Under the pieces are notes generated by a model. The model searched no databases. It was not told where the DNA came from and saw only the letters and a program-made list of their open reading frames with translations. DNA of 64,000 bases, taken from the sequence record NC_062582.1; one strand, written 5' to 3'. Made by a program: the position numbers and the translations under genes. This document shows, piece after piece, positions 1-8,988 of the stretch (position 1 is the stretch's first letter; every line of letters starts with the position of its first letter).

Positions 1-501
1 CAAGTGATGTTGGCTCAGTGGGTAATGGCAAAAGCTTTCCCAAGTCGTGCGTTCTATCACATCGACAAACTGCCAGTGAACTATCTGTTGGCAACTACTC
101 AAGCATTGTTGTGGCATTGGGGTCATTTGGATACAGCTATCTTCATGCAAGTGGAGCCTCTGTATCACGGTGATAACCAATCAGCTTCTCCACTGGGTCA
201 ACTGCGTATCGGTTCTCGGATCGCTACTAAGTATCGACCAATGTTGGATGAACTGTTCCCACACATGAAACACCAACGCATTCCACAAAGCGGCGAAATC
301 CCTAAACCAGAGAATCGTGCAGCAGTAGCTATTAACAGTTGTAACCACTCCATCCGGTCTACCAACTGGGCGTATAAAGGTCCTGACGAATTGTTCCGTG
401 AAGCGGGTCAAGTAACTCAGAACAAAGTTTTGATCCTACCGCCTAACTTGAAGCATTCGATTACAGAAGTCGTAATGCAGTTGGCACAAATCAATAAGTA
501 A
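1..501 (+). CDS. Non-virion RNA polymerase specificity subunit (phiKZ gp68-like), C-terminal part; gene starts upstream of window
   Basis: Frame open from base 1. LAQWVMAKAFPSRAF, LLWHWG, IRSTNWAYKGPDELFREAGQVTQNKVLILP match the phiKZ gp68 C-terminus as I recall it (LAQWVMHKAFPARAF...QVTQNKVLVVP); synteny with nvRNAP genes. Confidence 0.9.
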   Translation, partial: QVMLAQWVMAKAFPSRAFYHIDKLPVNYLLATTQALLWHWGHLDTAIFMQVEPLYHGDNQSASPLGQLRIGSRIATKYRPMLDELFPHMKHQRIPQSGEIPKPENRAAVAINSCNHSIRSTNWAYKGPDELFREAGQVTQNKVLILPPNLKHSITEVVMQLAQINK

Positions 502-517
502 TTAGAGGCAATACACG

Positions 518-2203
518 ATGATCAATCTGAACATGGGTGCAACCATCGGCGGTTCGGGCAATACCCGTATCACTATTGAGAACATGATCGCAGTACAGAC
601 TGGTACTTATCAAGATCAGTATGCTCGACCATTCAAGTCTACTGTAAATGATGGCGTTATCGCTGGACTGCGTGAAGTAACTCGTGGTGGTCTTAACCTC
701 GGTGCAGCAGCAGTTCAAGAGATCGCTTGCGGTGTAATTACTCCACAGGCAGAAGTAGAAGGTAAAGTAAACATTGCGAACGGCATGCAATGTCGTCGTT
801 TCCGGATTCTGTTGACCGTTAACGAATCCCATCCATATATCGAAGGCACCACTACCCGTCGTGTGTTCTATGGCTACTCGGATAACAGTGACGCATCCTT
901 GAACTATCTTGATCCGAACATGCGTGTGTATTTCAACAGTGAGACTATCATTGCTGAAGCCATTCGTAATACGATCAATGGCCCACAACGTCAGGCATCT
1001 ATTGTTGCATCTAACCAGATCATCTCTCCGATGGGTCCTGATAACAATGGTCAAGGTAATGGGTTGTTCGCTCGGGCATCGAGTTTCTTGATTCGACCTG
1101 AAGATAACTTTAACCTGATGCAAACCAATATCGTTGCACAGAACCTGAATAGCTCGGGTATGTTCCCAGGTATGGTTGACACTTCCTACGACAACCGTAC
1201 CATGGTTGGTGAAGGTGGTAGCCACAAGTATTCGATGCGTCGTGACACTTCCCCAACTCGTTATCTGTCCGATAGCTTGGCTGCTTATTCTCATGCAATC
1301 AAGGAATCCAAAGATAGCGTAATCAATACTGGTGACTTCAACGATGCGATTACATCTAAAGAAGTTATCTTGGGTGAAGCAGCTGCGGCATGCCGTAACC
1401 ACAACATCCATTCCAATACTTTCCTGAGCGTTCTGAACGATCACTCCGGTTATATGGAACAGGGTTATGTGACCTTCGGTGATCTGTGTCGTATCTTCCC
1501 TGAGATGAACAACCGCGCTGGTTACGATTGTGTTCAGTTCTCCATGGACAATGGTCGCAGTATCCGTAAAGTAATGCAAGCTGGCGATTCACAAGTTTGG
1601 TCCGGTGCTGACTATTCTTCCATCGGTGCTTCTCTGTTGGCTCAAGCAATTCCGTCGATCATGATGGATACCTTCTTCCGTAGCTTTAGCTTTGCGGTAA
1701 CGAATGGTAATGGTAACAACAATTATCTGTTTGAACCACATCCCGATGCATGTAAAGCAATCGTTGGTGGTATTGACATGCGTCAATATTTCCAAGACTT
1801 CGAACGTCGATTGAGCATTGACGTATTGAATAACATCACTCGTGGTAACCAACTACCGTTTAAGATCTCCATGTATTCTGACTTGGTAGGTGACTCGATC
1901 ATCGATATCCAGATTGGTGGTGGTCCTCTGGAACGTTTCATTGCTCCGACCTTTGCGGATAGTCTGTTCAGTCCGGTCATTACTCGTAACCGTTCTCTGG
2001 CAGGCGAGATTGCTGGCGACCTTACTTGGCTCGTGGCAAACGTAATCGAAGGCGATCAGAAACCAACGCAACAGATCTATACTGGCGGTATGTCAAACAC
2101 TAACAGTCTGTTTAGTGAATACCAACACCCAGTAGCTCAACCAGCACTCCTCAACAATTCTCAACAAGGAACTAATCATGTCGCTGACCTTGGCTTGCTA
2201 TAA
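518..2203 (+). CDS. picA: Phage-nucleus protein import factor PicA/Imp1 (phiKZ gp69-like), 561 aa
   Basis: Immediately follows the gp68 homologue as gp69 does in phiKZ; similar size; RBS-like GAGG at 506-509. Assignment mainly by synteny. Confidence 0.72.
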   Translation: MINLNMGATIGGSGNTRITIENMIAVQTGTYQDQYARPFKSTVNDGVIAGLREVTRGGLNLGAAAVQEIACGVITPQAEVEGKVNIANGMQCRRFRILLTVNESHPYIEGTTTRRVFYGYSDNSDASLNYLDPNMRVYFNSETIIAEAIRNTINGPQRQASIVASNQIISPMGPDNNGQGNGLFARASSFLIRPEDNFNLMQTNIVAQNLNSSGMFPGMVDTSYDNRTMVGEGGSHKYSMRRDTSPTRYLSDSLAAYSHAIKESKDSVINTGDFNDAITSKEVILGEAAAACRNHNIHSNTFLSVLNDHSGYMEQGYVTFGDLCRIFPEMNNRAGYDCVQFSMDNGRSIRKVMQAGDSQVWSGADYSSIGASLLAQAIPSIMMDTFFRSFSFAVTNGNGNNNYLFEPHPDACKAIVGGIDMRQYFQDFERRLSIDVLNNITRGNQLPFKISMYSDLVGDSIIDIQIGGGPLERFIAPTFADSLFSPVITRNRSLAGEIAGDLTWLVANVIEGDQKPTQQIYTGGMSNTNSLFSEYQHPVAQPALLNNSQQGTNHVADLGLL

Positions 2204-3512
2204 CGAAATCCTGCCTGCTTTCTCCTGCTCGGTTGATGAGGAGGACATGCTCGATGTTGTCGCTCCTACCGGTGCAAAGAAACCTGCAACAATCGGAGGC
2301 GCCACTCTGGTGCTTCCAACCCAAGCTCGTCTACGGAAAGGTTTCCCTGAAGAACTCTTTCCATTCCACCCGCTCTGTGAATCGATGTCTCGTCAAGGGA
2401 CATCTCCAGTAATCCAATTCCTGCAACGAGCAGCTAAAGCGAACATCTCGTATAGCGTCGTAGCTCTGACTGGACATCTGTTGGAGATCGCATGTGACGT
2501 AAGCATGCATAAAGATCTTCCTCCAGAATGCCTGGACTTCTTGGTGAAGCTCTCTGACTGTGATAAAGAGAAGAACATCAAGCAGGTGTATGAAAAGGTT
2601 GTAGCTGCTGCATCCAAGAAGAACCGCATGACTACGGTCTATCTGAAGAATGGCGGTACATTCGACGGCCAGAAAGTAAACCGTTCGTGTATCATTCGTA
2701 TCCCATTGCTGGAAGACCTCCAACAAGACGGTAAGGATGTTCTGGGCGTAACTGTAACCAAGAAACAGCGTAAGATTCTGACTGCGTTGTTTAAACTGGT
2801 TGTTCCATTCGGTGATAACCCAGAAGAGTATAGCTTCGGTACTACCAGTCGCCAAGCTCCGTACTTCCAGTGTCTGCTGACAGCTTATGCGAAGATCGTT
2901 AAGGTACTGAACCAGTGCATTAATAACTACGCTGTTCCATTGCAGTTGCCAATCAAACCAATCCCAACTTACGATATCAAAGTAATTGAGACGTTTGAGA
3001 AAGCTCGTGCAGAAGTAGACATCCCGCCTCTGCGTGGTAACGAAGGTGGTGTTAAAGAGAACGATCAAGAAGCGTCTGAGACTAAACAACCAGAAGCCCA
3101 AGCACAACAACCACGTGCGACCGTTCAACAGAACACCCGCGAGTCTACTCCACCAGTAGCGGTAAGTACTTCTGCTCCTGGTACTGTGAGTATGGAAGAC
3201 TTCATGAAAGCCAACAACCCTAACCCAGGGATGGTGAACGTGAACTTCAACGGTAACCAACAGCCTAACGTTAATGGTACCTTCGGGCAACAGGGTTTGT
3301 TTGGTGCACAACCAACCGCACAACCTACTCTGTTCGGTAACACTAACACTAGCTTCTCCACTTCACAGCCAACAGGTCTTCCGTGGAACCAACCACAACA
3401 AACACCTGTAAGTAACAGTCTGTTTGGTGGTCCATCTCCAACTCCTGCGTTCCAAACCGGCTTCACCAATAACGGTTTCGGTAACACTGGTGGTGGATTG
3501 GGTCTGATCTAA
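2178..3512 (+). CDS. phiKZ gp70-like nuclear-shell-associated protein with disordered Q/N/P/G/F-rich, FG-containing C-terminal tail, 444 aa
   Basis: AAGGA RBS before ATG; overlaps picA by 26 nt; folded N-terminal ~290 aa then low-complexity tail with TFG, GLFG, TLFG, SLFG, GFG. Confidence 0.65.
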   Translation: MSLTLACYNEILPAFSCSVDEEDMLDVVAPTGAKKPATIGGATLVLPTQARLRKGFPEELFPFHPLCESMSRQGTSPVIQFLQRAAKANISYSVVALTGHLLEIACDVSMHKDLPPECLDFLVKLSDCDKEKNIKQVYEKVVAAASKKNRMTTVYLKNGGTFDGQKVNRSCIIRIPLLEDLQQDGKDVLGVTVTKKQRKILTALFKLVVPFGDNPEEYSFGTTSRQAPYFQCLLTAYAKIVKVLNQCINNYAVPLQLPIKPIPTYDIKVIETFEKARAEVDIPPLRGNEGGVKENDQEASETKQPEAQAQQPRATVQQNTRESTPPVAVSTSAPGTVSMEDFMKANNPNPGMVNVNFNGNQQPNVNGTFGQQGLFGAQPTAQPTLFGNTNTSFSTSQPTGLPWNQPQQTPVSNSLFGGPSPTPAFQTGFTNNGFGNTGGGLGLI

Positions 3513-3524
3513 GCGGCATAGACG

Positions 3525-3542
3525 GGGGATCGTAAGATCCCC
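3525..3542. terminator. Bidirectional intrinsic terminator
   Basis: GGGGATC-GTAA-GATCCCC hairpin between convergent genes, followed by T-rich tract. Confidence 0.75.
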
Positions 3543-3548
3543 TTAGTC

Positions 3549-3914
3549 TTATTTATTTTTTAGGCTGACGTACATACGTTGGATGTCCGAAAGTACACCA
3601 TCGTTAGGTATTAACAGGGTAGGTTTAACCATGCCTGTATAATAGTTACGTAAGTCTTTAGCAAACTGATTTGGGTTGGTCATTCCATTAACCCGCATGT
3701 ATACCCAGTGTAAATGTGCAGGAATAGAGCGGCCTACTAAGAACCCATAAAAGTCACCTTCGTATTGATAGTAATGGTTAGCTGGAATATCTTCACGAGT
3801 CACAAAGTGATTACGTAAGATGTTGATATGTGTTTCAACCATTAGTCTAAACTTAGGGTCATAGAACAACTCTGGTCCTGGTTGGGCCATGAGGGTCATT
3901 ATCGTGAAAGCCAT
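3549..3914 (-). CDS. Conserved small protein, possibly LysM/T4 gp53-like fold, 121 aa
   Basis: LHWVYMRVNGMTNP resembles the W-x-I-x-x-x-N-x-I-x-x-P motif of gp53/tail-X/LysM proteins; GGAG RBS on minus strand. Confidence 0.45.
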   Translation of the reverse strand: MAFTIMTLMAQPGPELFYDPKFRLMVETHINILRNHFVTREDIPANHYYQYEGDFYGFLVGRSIPAHLHWVYMRVNGMTNPNQFAKDLRNYYTGMVKPTLLIPNDGVLSDIQRMYVSLKNK

Positions 3915-3943
3915 TTGAAAACTCCATAGAATTTTTTCTAGAT

Positions 3944-3952
3944 CTATATTAT
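3944..3952 (+). promoter_or_regulatory. Candidate early promoter (TATATTAT, variant of phiKZ TATATTAC)
   Basis: CTATATTAT in AT-rich intergenic DNA upstream of a small-ORF chain; coordinates approximate. Confidence 0.4.
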
Positions 3953-3976
3953 TGATTTGTCTAAGAGGAAGCCGAA

Positions 3977-4048
3977 ATGAATACTAACTTTTATTACGAA
4001 CTGCCTATCCGTGAAGAATCCGATTACTACAAAGGTGAACGTGAATGA
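3977..4048 (+). CDS. 23-aa peptide MNTNFYYELPIREESDYYKGERE (below ORF-track cutoff)
   Basis: AAGAGGA RBS before ATG; stop overlaps next start (ATGA at 4045-4048). Confidence 0.55.
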   Translation: MNTNFYYELPIREESDYYKGERE

Positions 4049-4233
4049 CAGAAGAATTTAATTGGGCATCTAATTTAAACTCAGCGACAATCAATATCCG
4101 AAAGGAACGTCAGGATAAAGCGACAGAAAATTTTGCACTACATCTTAAACAAACTTTAGATGATAATCCAAGTCTACTAGATGAGGTCAAAGAACATGCA
4201 GCTAGACGCGATGGCGCTATACCAACAGCATAG
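4045..4233 (+). CDS. Hypothetical protein, 62 aa
   Basis: ATGA-coupled to upstream peptide. Confidence 0.6.
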   Translation: MTEEFNWASNLNSATINIRKERQDKATENFALHLKQTLDDNPSLLDEVKEHAARRDGAIPTA

Positions 4234-4552
4234 ACGTGATTCAGACTATCGTTTAGATAATCTTGATTTCGATACAATGGAGAAACATCGGGAGGAAGGC
4301 AAAGTAAAGTACGATCAAGCCACTGACACGTATCATGTCGATTGCGGTAACTTCTCATCACCTAATCGGTCAGGCATCGTTTATACTGAAGAAGCTTTGA
4401 GAGATGCATATGCGGTATATAACTTACAAATGGTGCGTCTTGAAGAAGTCATCAGTGCGCAACGTAGACTAGATGAAGTCATTGCAAAGAAACGCAAGAA
4501 AGATCCTAACTACAATGTAACTGTACTGTATCGCGACGGGAGTATGCCATAA
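4181..4552 (+). CDS. Hypothetical protein, up to 123 aa
   Basis: ORF track; TAATG coupling to next gene; start uncertain. Confidence 0.6.
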   Translation: MRSKNMQLDAMALYQQHRRDSDYRLDNLDFDTMEKHREEGKVKYDQATDTYHVDCGNFSSPNRSGIVYTEEALRDAYAVYNLQMVRLEEVISAQRRLDEVIAKKRKKDPNYNVTVLYRDGSMP

Positions 4553-4743
4553 TGAGTATCGACGTATTTGAATTAACTGCAAAAGCTTCCCGTTTGTCTA
4601 TGTCGAAACCGAACCAATCGTCTACTTTTAATAAGGAACGTCATGAAGAAGCAATGAAGGTTGCAGCAGCTCCACGTGATCCGAAGTACTGGTACCAGGC
4701 AAATGAAATCTCGAAGAACATTATTAGTGAAGTAGGTGTGTGA
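4552..4743 (+). CDS. Hypothetical protein, 63 aa
   Basis: GGGAG RBS; stop abuts nvRNAP ATG. Confidence 0.6.
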   Translation: MSIDVFELTAKASRLSMSKPNQSSTFNKERHEEAMKVAAAPRDPKYWYQANEISKNIISEVGV

Positions 4744-6933
4744 ATGTCGGTGATTGATGAAGTTAACCATGTAGATTACGGTGTCAAAAACCACGGTGAT
4801 TATATCGGGGGTGGTAATAACTTCGGTAGTAAACCAATCCGTAACTTGAAAATGCGCTACATTGGGCATGCTGCGCTTGATCCGTATTATGGTGTTACCT
4901 CTGCTGCTCGGGGTGCAATGTTCCTGACTCACATTGGTCAGGCTCCGGTAATCGAAGGTAACGAACCACGTCGTGTAATGACTGGCGTGGAAATGAACTT
5001 TGCTGAAACGTCTTTCGATATTCGTCTACCGAAAGATTGCACTATCCTTAACGTTGTTCGAAAGTATCCTACTGGTCATGGTTTGGATTCTATTCAACAC
5101 AACCCGGTTACTACAATCATCTACGAGGAATTCTACGACGAGTTCAAAAGGATTGGTGTACTGCATGTTCCTGAATATGTTGCAGACTATCACCAGACCT
5201 TTGGCTTTAAACTAGAAAAGGATAAAGCTGTATGGGATCGCATTCGTCCTGACGAGATGCTTCCAAAAGATACAGTACTTGCACGTTCCACAACCATTAA
5301 GAAAGATGGTCTGTTGGGCATGGGTGTAAACCTTAACGCTGCATTCTATTCTGGCCCAGGTACTATTGAAGACGGGTTCATCATCAGTGAGGAATGTCTT
5401 GACCTATTGTCTCCACGTGCTTATACCACAGCTACAGGTGGATGTGGACGTAAGTCTTACTTCCTCAACATGTATGGCGATGACAAGATCTATAAACCAT
5501 TCCCGGATATTGGCGAACGTATCCGAGATGATGGTGTAATCTTTGCGGTACGTGATCATGATGATGATCTGTCTCCAGCAGAAATGACTCCTCGTGCTTT
5601 GCGTGAACTTGATCGTACCTTTGACCGGGCAGTTATTGGCGATCCTGGTAGTCTTGTAAAAGACATCAAGGTCTATATGGACGAACGTCAGAATCCTTCT
5701 TATATCCCGATGGGTATGGATGGACAACTGCGTAAGTATTACGATGCGTTGAGTAACTATTATCGTGAGATCATTCGGATCTATCGGACATTGCAAGGTC
5801 GTCGTAAAGATCGTCTGCGCATTACCGAAGAATTGAGTTCTCTGATTGTAGAGGCGATGATCTATCTGCCACAAACAGGTGACCAGCGTAAACTGACGCG
5901 GACCTATCGTCTGGATACTTTGGATGAATGCCGTGTTGAGATCACTTATGAAACCATCAAACGTCCAGGGGGTGCATTTAAGCTAACCGACTTCCACGGT
6001 GGTAAAGGTGTAATCTGTAAAGTAATGCCTCGTGCATTGATGCCACGTGATAAATGGGGTAACATCTGTGACGTAGGTATCTTCGGTGGTTCGACTATGC
6101 GTCGATCTAACTATGGTCGAATCTATGAACATGGTTTCGGTGCAGCCTCTCGTGATCTGTCTCAACGTCTGCGTATTGAAGCTGGTTTGGATCGTCATGC
6201 TAAGTTGACTGTGAATGAAGTTAAAGCTTCTCCACAACTGCAAGACAACGCTTGGGTCGAATACGCGTTTGCTGAACTTCAAGACTTCTATGCGTTGATC
6301 ACTGTTGACATGCATGAGATCTTGAAGACTCACCCTGACAAGAGACAGTATGTTGCTCAGGTTATGGCAGACGGTTTCAGCTACATCTATAGTCCAATTG
6401 AAGATCAGGTGCATTTGCCAAAAGCAATGACCGCATTGATTAACAGTCGTTTCTGTCCAAACTACGATAAGGTGACCTATACTGACCAAGCGGGTAACTT
6501 CCGTGAAACCAAAGATAAGATCCTGATTGGCCCACTGTACATGATGCTGTTGGAAAAGATCGGTGATGACTGGTCCTCCGTAGCTTCTGTTAAAGTACAA
6601 CAGTTTGGCTTGCCGTCTAAGTTGAACAACAGTGATCGTAGTTCTACACCTGGTCGTGAAACAGCAATCCGTTCTTTCGGCGAATCTGAAACACGTTCTT
6701 ATAACTGTACGGTAGGTCCAGTACCAACGCTAGAACTCTTGGACCAAACTAACAACCCGCAGTCTCACAAGTCGGTAATTGAATCGCTGTTGACGAGTGA
6801 GTATAGTAGTAACATTGAACGTGCAGTAAACCGTGAAGAGATTCCTTATGGTAATAGCCGTCCAGTGAACCTATTGGATCACTTGCTGGAATGCGCGGAT
6901 ATCCGTTTGGTGTATGCTGAAAGTCGTAATTGA
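4744..6933 (+). CDS. Non-virion RNA polymerase beta subunit, C-terminal half (phiKZ gp71-73-like), uninterrupted, 729 aa
   Basis: RGAMFLTHIGQA, EDGFIISE, KLTDFHGGKGVI, RRSNYGRIYE, GPLYMMLLEK, RSFGESETR correspond to conserved beta-subunit regions. Confidence 0.93.
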   Translation: MSVIDEVNHVDYGVKNHGDYIGGGNNFGSKPIRNLKMRYIGHAALDPYYGVTSAARGAMFLTHIGQAPVIEGNEPRRVMTGVEMNFAETSFDIRLPKDCTILNVVRKYPTGHGLDSIQHNPVTTIIYEEFYDEFKRIGVLHVPEYVADYHQTFGFKLEKDKAVWDRIRPDEMLPKDTVLARSTTIKKDGLLGMGVNLNAAFYSGPGTIEDGFIISEECLDLLSPRAYTTATGGCGRKSYFLNMYGDDKIYKPFPDIGERIRDDGVIFAVRDHDDDLSPAEMTPRALRELDRTFDRAVIGDPGSLVKDIKVYMDERQNPSYIPMGMDGQLRKYYDALSNYYREIIRIYRTLQGRRKDRLRITEELSSLIVEAMIYLPQTGDQRKLTRTYRLDTLDECRVEITYETIKRPGGAFKLTDFHGGKGVICKVMPRALMPRDKWGNICDVGIFGGSTMRRSNYGRIYEHGFGAASRDLSQRLRIEAGLDRHAKLTVNEVKASPQLQDNAWVEYAFAELQDFYALITVDMHEILKTHPDKRQYVAQVMADGFSYIYSPIEDQVHLPKAMTALINSRFCPNYDKVTYTDQAGNFRETKDKILIGPLYMMLLEKIGDDWSSVASVKVQQFGLPSKLNNSDRSSTPGRETAIRSFGESETRSYNCTVGPVPTLELLDQTNNPQSHKSVIESLLTSEYSSNIERAVNREEIPYGNSRPVNLLDHLLECADIRLVYAESRN

Positions 6934-6945
6934 TAGGTGTAGATA

Positions 6946-8931
6946 ATGAACCAACCTCGTAAACTGAATGTGTACAAAGCGCGTGACTTGTTGAACATGA
7001 CTTCGGATGAGCTTTGTGCTCTTCCGGATGAATGGCATAAGATCGAGTTTGATGATGGTGAGTTGATTACAATCGATCGTCAAACCAAAGTGTCGGTGTT
7101 GTTGTGGGGACCACTCAAGTCGTTCCCTGACGCACCTATCCTTAAATCGTTTCACTTGGATAAGACTCGGATTACTTCCAAGTCGTTGGTTAAACTGCTC
7201 AACGGTATTATCTGGTCGATCTATGATTGGGGTAAAGGTTCTATTACCCCAGACACCATTGCACGGTTGGCGATTGAAGCTAAGTCGAAGTTCTATAATG
7301 AAGCAACAACTAAGTTCAGTGCGTATGTTTCCACACTGAGTATGTTTGAGATCGCAGAGGTTTATAACCATCCTGAGATCCGTGCTGCTAACGAGAACTT
7401 CGAACCAACTACGTATGGTATCGAGAAGGTTGCTTATGAACGGATTAAAGCTGTTATGTTTAATCCGGATAACTTCAAAGGCAATAGTATCATTGAAGGT
7501 CTGAAGTCGGGTACTCAAAAGACTGAACAGCTGTTGCAAGCATTTGGTCCACGAGGATTCCCAACTGACATTAACTCTGACATCTTTCCGCATCCTGTAA
7601 CGACGGGTTACATTGAGGGTGTATGGGATCACTATGAGAACATGGTTGAATCTCGTTCGGGTACTAAAGCTTCTCTTTATAACAAAGAGTTGTTGCGGGT
7701 AACTGAATACTTTAACCGGAAGTCTCAGCTGATCGCTCAGTATGTAATGCGTTTGCATCGTACTGACTGTGGTGCTGACTATGTTCGATTCCCTGTGCTT
7801 AAGGTTTTCCTTAAGCAGATGAACGGGAAGTTCTGGTTCAACGAAGAAACTGGTAAAGAAGAAATCCTGACTGGTAAAGAAGAGCACTTGATCGGTAAGA
7901 AGATCCTGATGCGTTCTGTACTGGGTTGTGTCCATAAGGACTCTCAGGGGATCTGTGCGAAGTGTTATGGTCTGCTTGCGGATAACATCCCACTGGGTTC
8001 TAACATCGGTCAGATCGCAGCTGTATCCATGGGCGACAAGATTACCTCTGCGGTATTGTCGACTAAGCATACTGACGCAACTTCTGCGGTAGAACAATAT
8101 CAGATTGCGGGTATTGAAGCTAACTATCTAAAAGAGGGTAAGCTATCGGAAACACTCTATCTACGGAAAGAGCTTGATGGGAAAGGTTATCGATTGTTGA
8201 TCAGTAGTAACGAAGCCACTAACCTGGCTGACATTCTAATGATTGATAACTTGACAGCTTATCCGGCAACTCAAGCTTCTGAGCTTAATCGGATTGGTTT
8301 GGTTCGTGATGTCAATGATGAGGTTGTAGGGGATATCTTGACGGTGAGTTTGTATAACCGTCGGGCTAGTCTGAGTACAGCTATGTTGGAACATGCCAAA
8401 CTGGTAGGATGGACTCCGGACAACCGAGGGAATATCGTAATCGAGCTGGAAGGTTTTGACTTCACTCAACCGTTCCTGACTCTGCCATATAAGCACGTTA
8501 ACATGTACGAAGTAATGAAGCGAATCCAAAGCTTCCTGCACTCCGGTAGTGATAACGAAGGTTCCAAACTGTCTTCAGATAAGGTAGGTTTTACTAGCAA
8601 GACTTATCTTAAGAACTACACAGACGTCATCGATGCTACTGTTGCGTTTGCTTCACTCGTATGCGAGAAGATTGCACTGCCTTTGCCACACTGTGAGATG
8701 TTGGTGTATGCTATGACAGTTAAATCTACCGCCAATAAAGATTATAACCTACCTAAACCTGGGATCTCAGGTCAGTTTGAGAAATATAGCAAGCTGATGC
8801 ATTCCCGTAGTCTCGGTGGTGCCATGTCTTTCGAGAAGCAACATGAGCCATTGATCAACCCCGCTAGTTACCTGTATACCAACAGGAACGACCATCCTTA
8901 CGATTTCGCTATGAAAGGTGGTAAGCTCTAA
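6946..8931 (+). CDS. Non-virion RNA polymerase beta' subunit, C-terminal half (phiKZ gp74-like), 661 aa
   Basis: Bridge-helix region ESRSGTKAS...TEYFNRK, DCG, Zn motif CVHKDSQGICAKCYG, trigger-loop NIGQIAAVSMGDKITSAVLSTKH. Confidence 0.93.
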   Translation: MNQPRKLNVYKARDLLNMTSDELCALPDEWHKIEFDDGELITIDRQTKVSVLLWGPLKSFPDAPILKSFHLDKTRITSKSLVKLLNGIIWSIYDWGKGSITPDTIARLAIEAKSKFYNEATTKFSAYVSTLSMFEIAEVYNHPEIRAANENFEPTTYGIEKVAYERIKAVMFNPDNFKGNSIIEGLKSGTQKTEQLLQAFGPRGFPTDINSDIFPHPVTTGYIEGVWDHYENMVESRSGTKASLYNKELLRVTEYFNRKSQLIAQYVMRLHRTDCGADYVRFPVLKVFLKQMNGKFWFNEETGKEEILTGKEEHLIGKKILMRSVLGCVHKDSQGICAKCYGLLADNIPLGSNIGQIAAVSMGDKITSAVLSTKHTDATSAVEQYQIAGIEANYLKEGKLSETLYLRKELDGKGYRLLISSNEATNLADILMIDNLTAYPATQASELNRIGLVRDVNDEVVGDILTVSLYNRRASLSTAMLEHAKLVGWTPDNRGNIVIELEGFDFTQPFLTLPYKHVNMYEVMKRIQSFLHSGSDNEGSKLSSDKVGFTSKTYLKNYTDVIDATVAFASLVCEKIALPLPHCEMLVYAMTVKSTANKDYNLPKPGISGQFEKYSKLMHSRSLGGAMSFEKQHEPLINPASYLYTNRNDHPYDFAMKGGKL

Positions 8932-8943
8932 GAGAACGGAGGT

Positions 8944-8978
8944 TGGAGCCATGGGGACTTCGGTCCCCGTGCACTCCA
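8944..8978 (+). terminator. Intrinsic terminator after nvRNAP genes
   Basis: ATGGGGAC-TTCG-GTCCCCGT core with TGGAG/CTCCA outer arms and TTTTATTTTT tract. Confidence 0.7.
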
Positions 8979-8988
8979 TTTTATTTTT

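Noticed and set aside
491-1579. 362-aa minus-strand ORF
   Set aside because: Antisense shadow of picA; no RBS or motif; explained by codon bias of the sense gene.
2331-3323. 330-aa minus-strand ORF
   Set aside because: Antisense to the gp70-like gene; no protein-like features.
6871-8097. 408-aa minus-strand ORF
   Set aside because: Antisense to the RNAP beta' gene, whose motifs are unambiguous.
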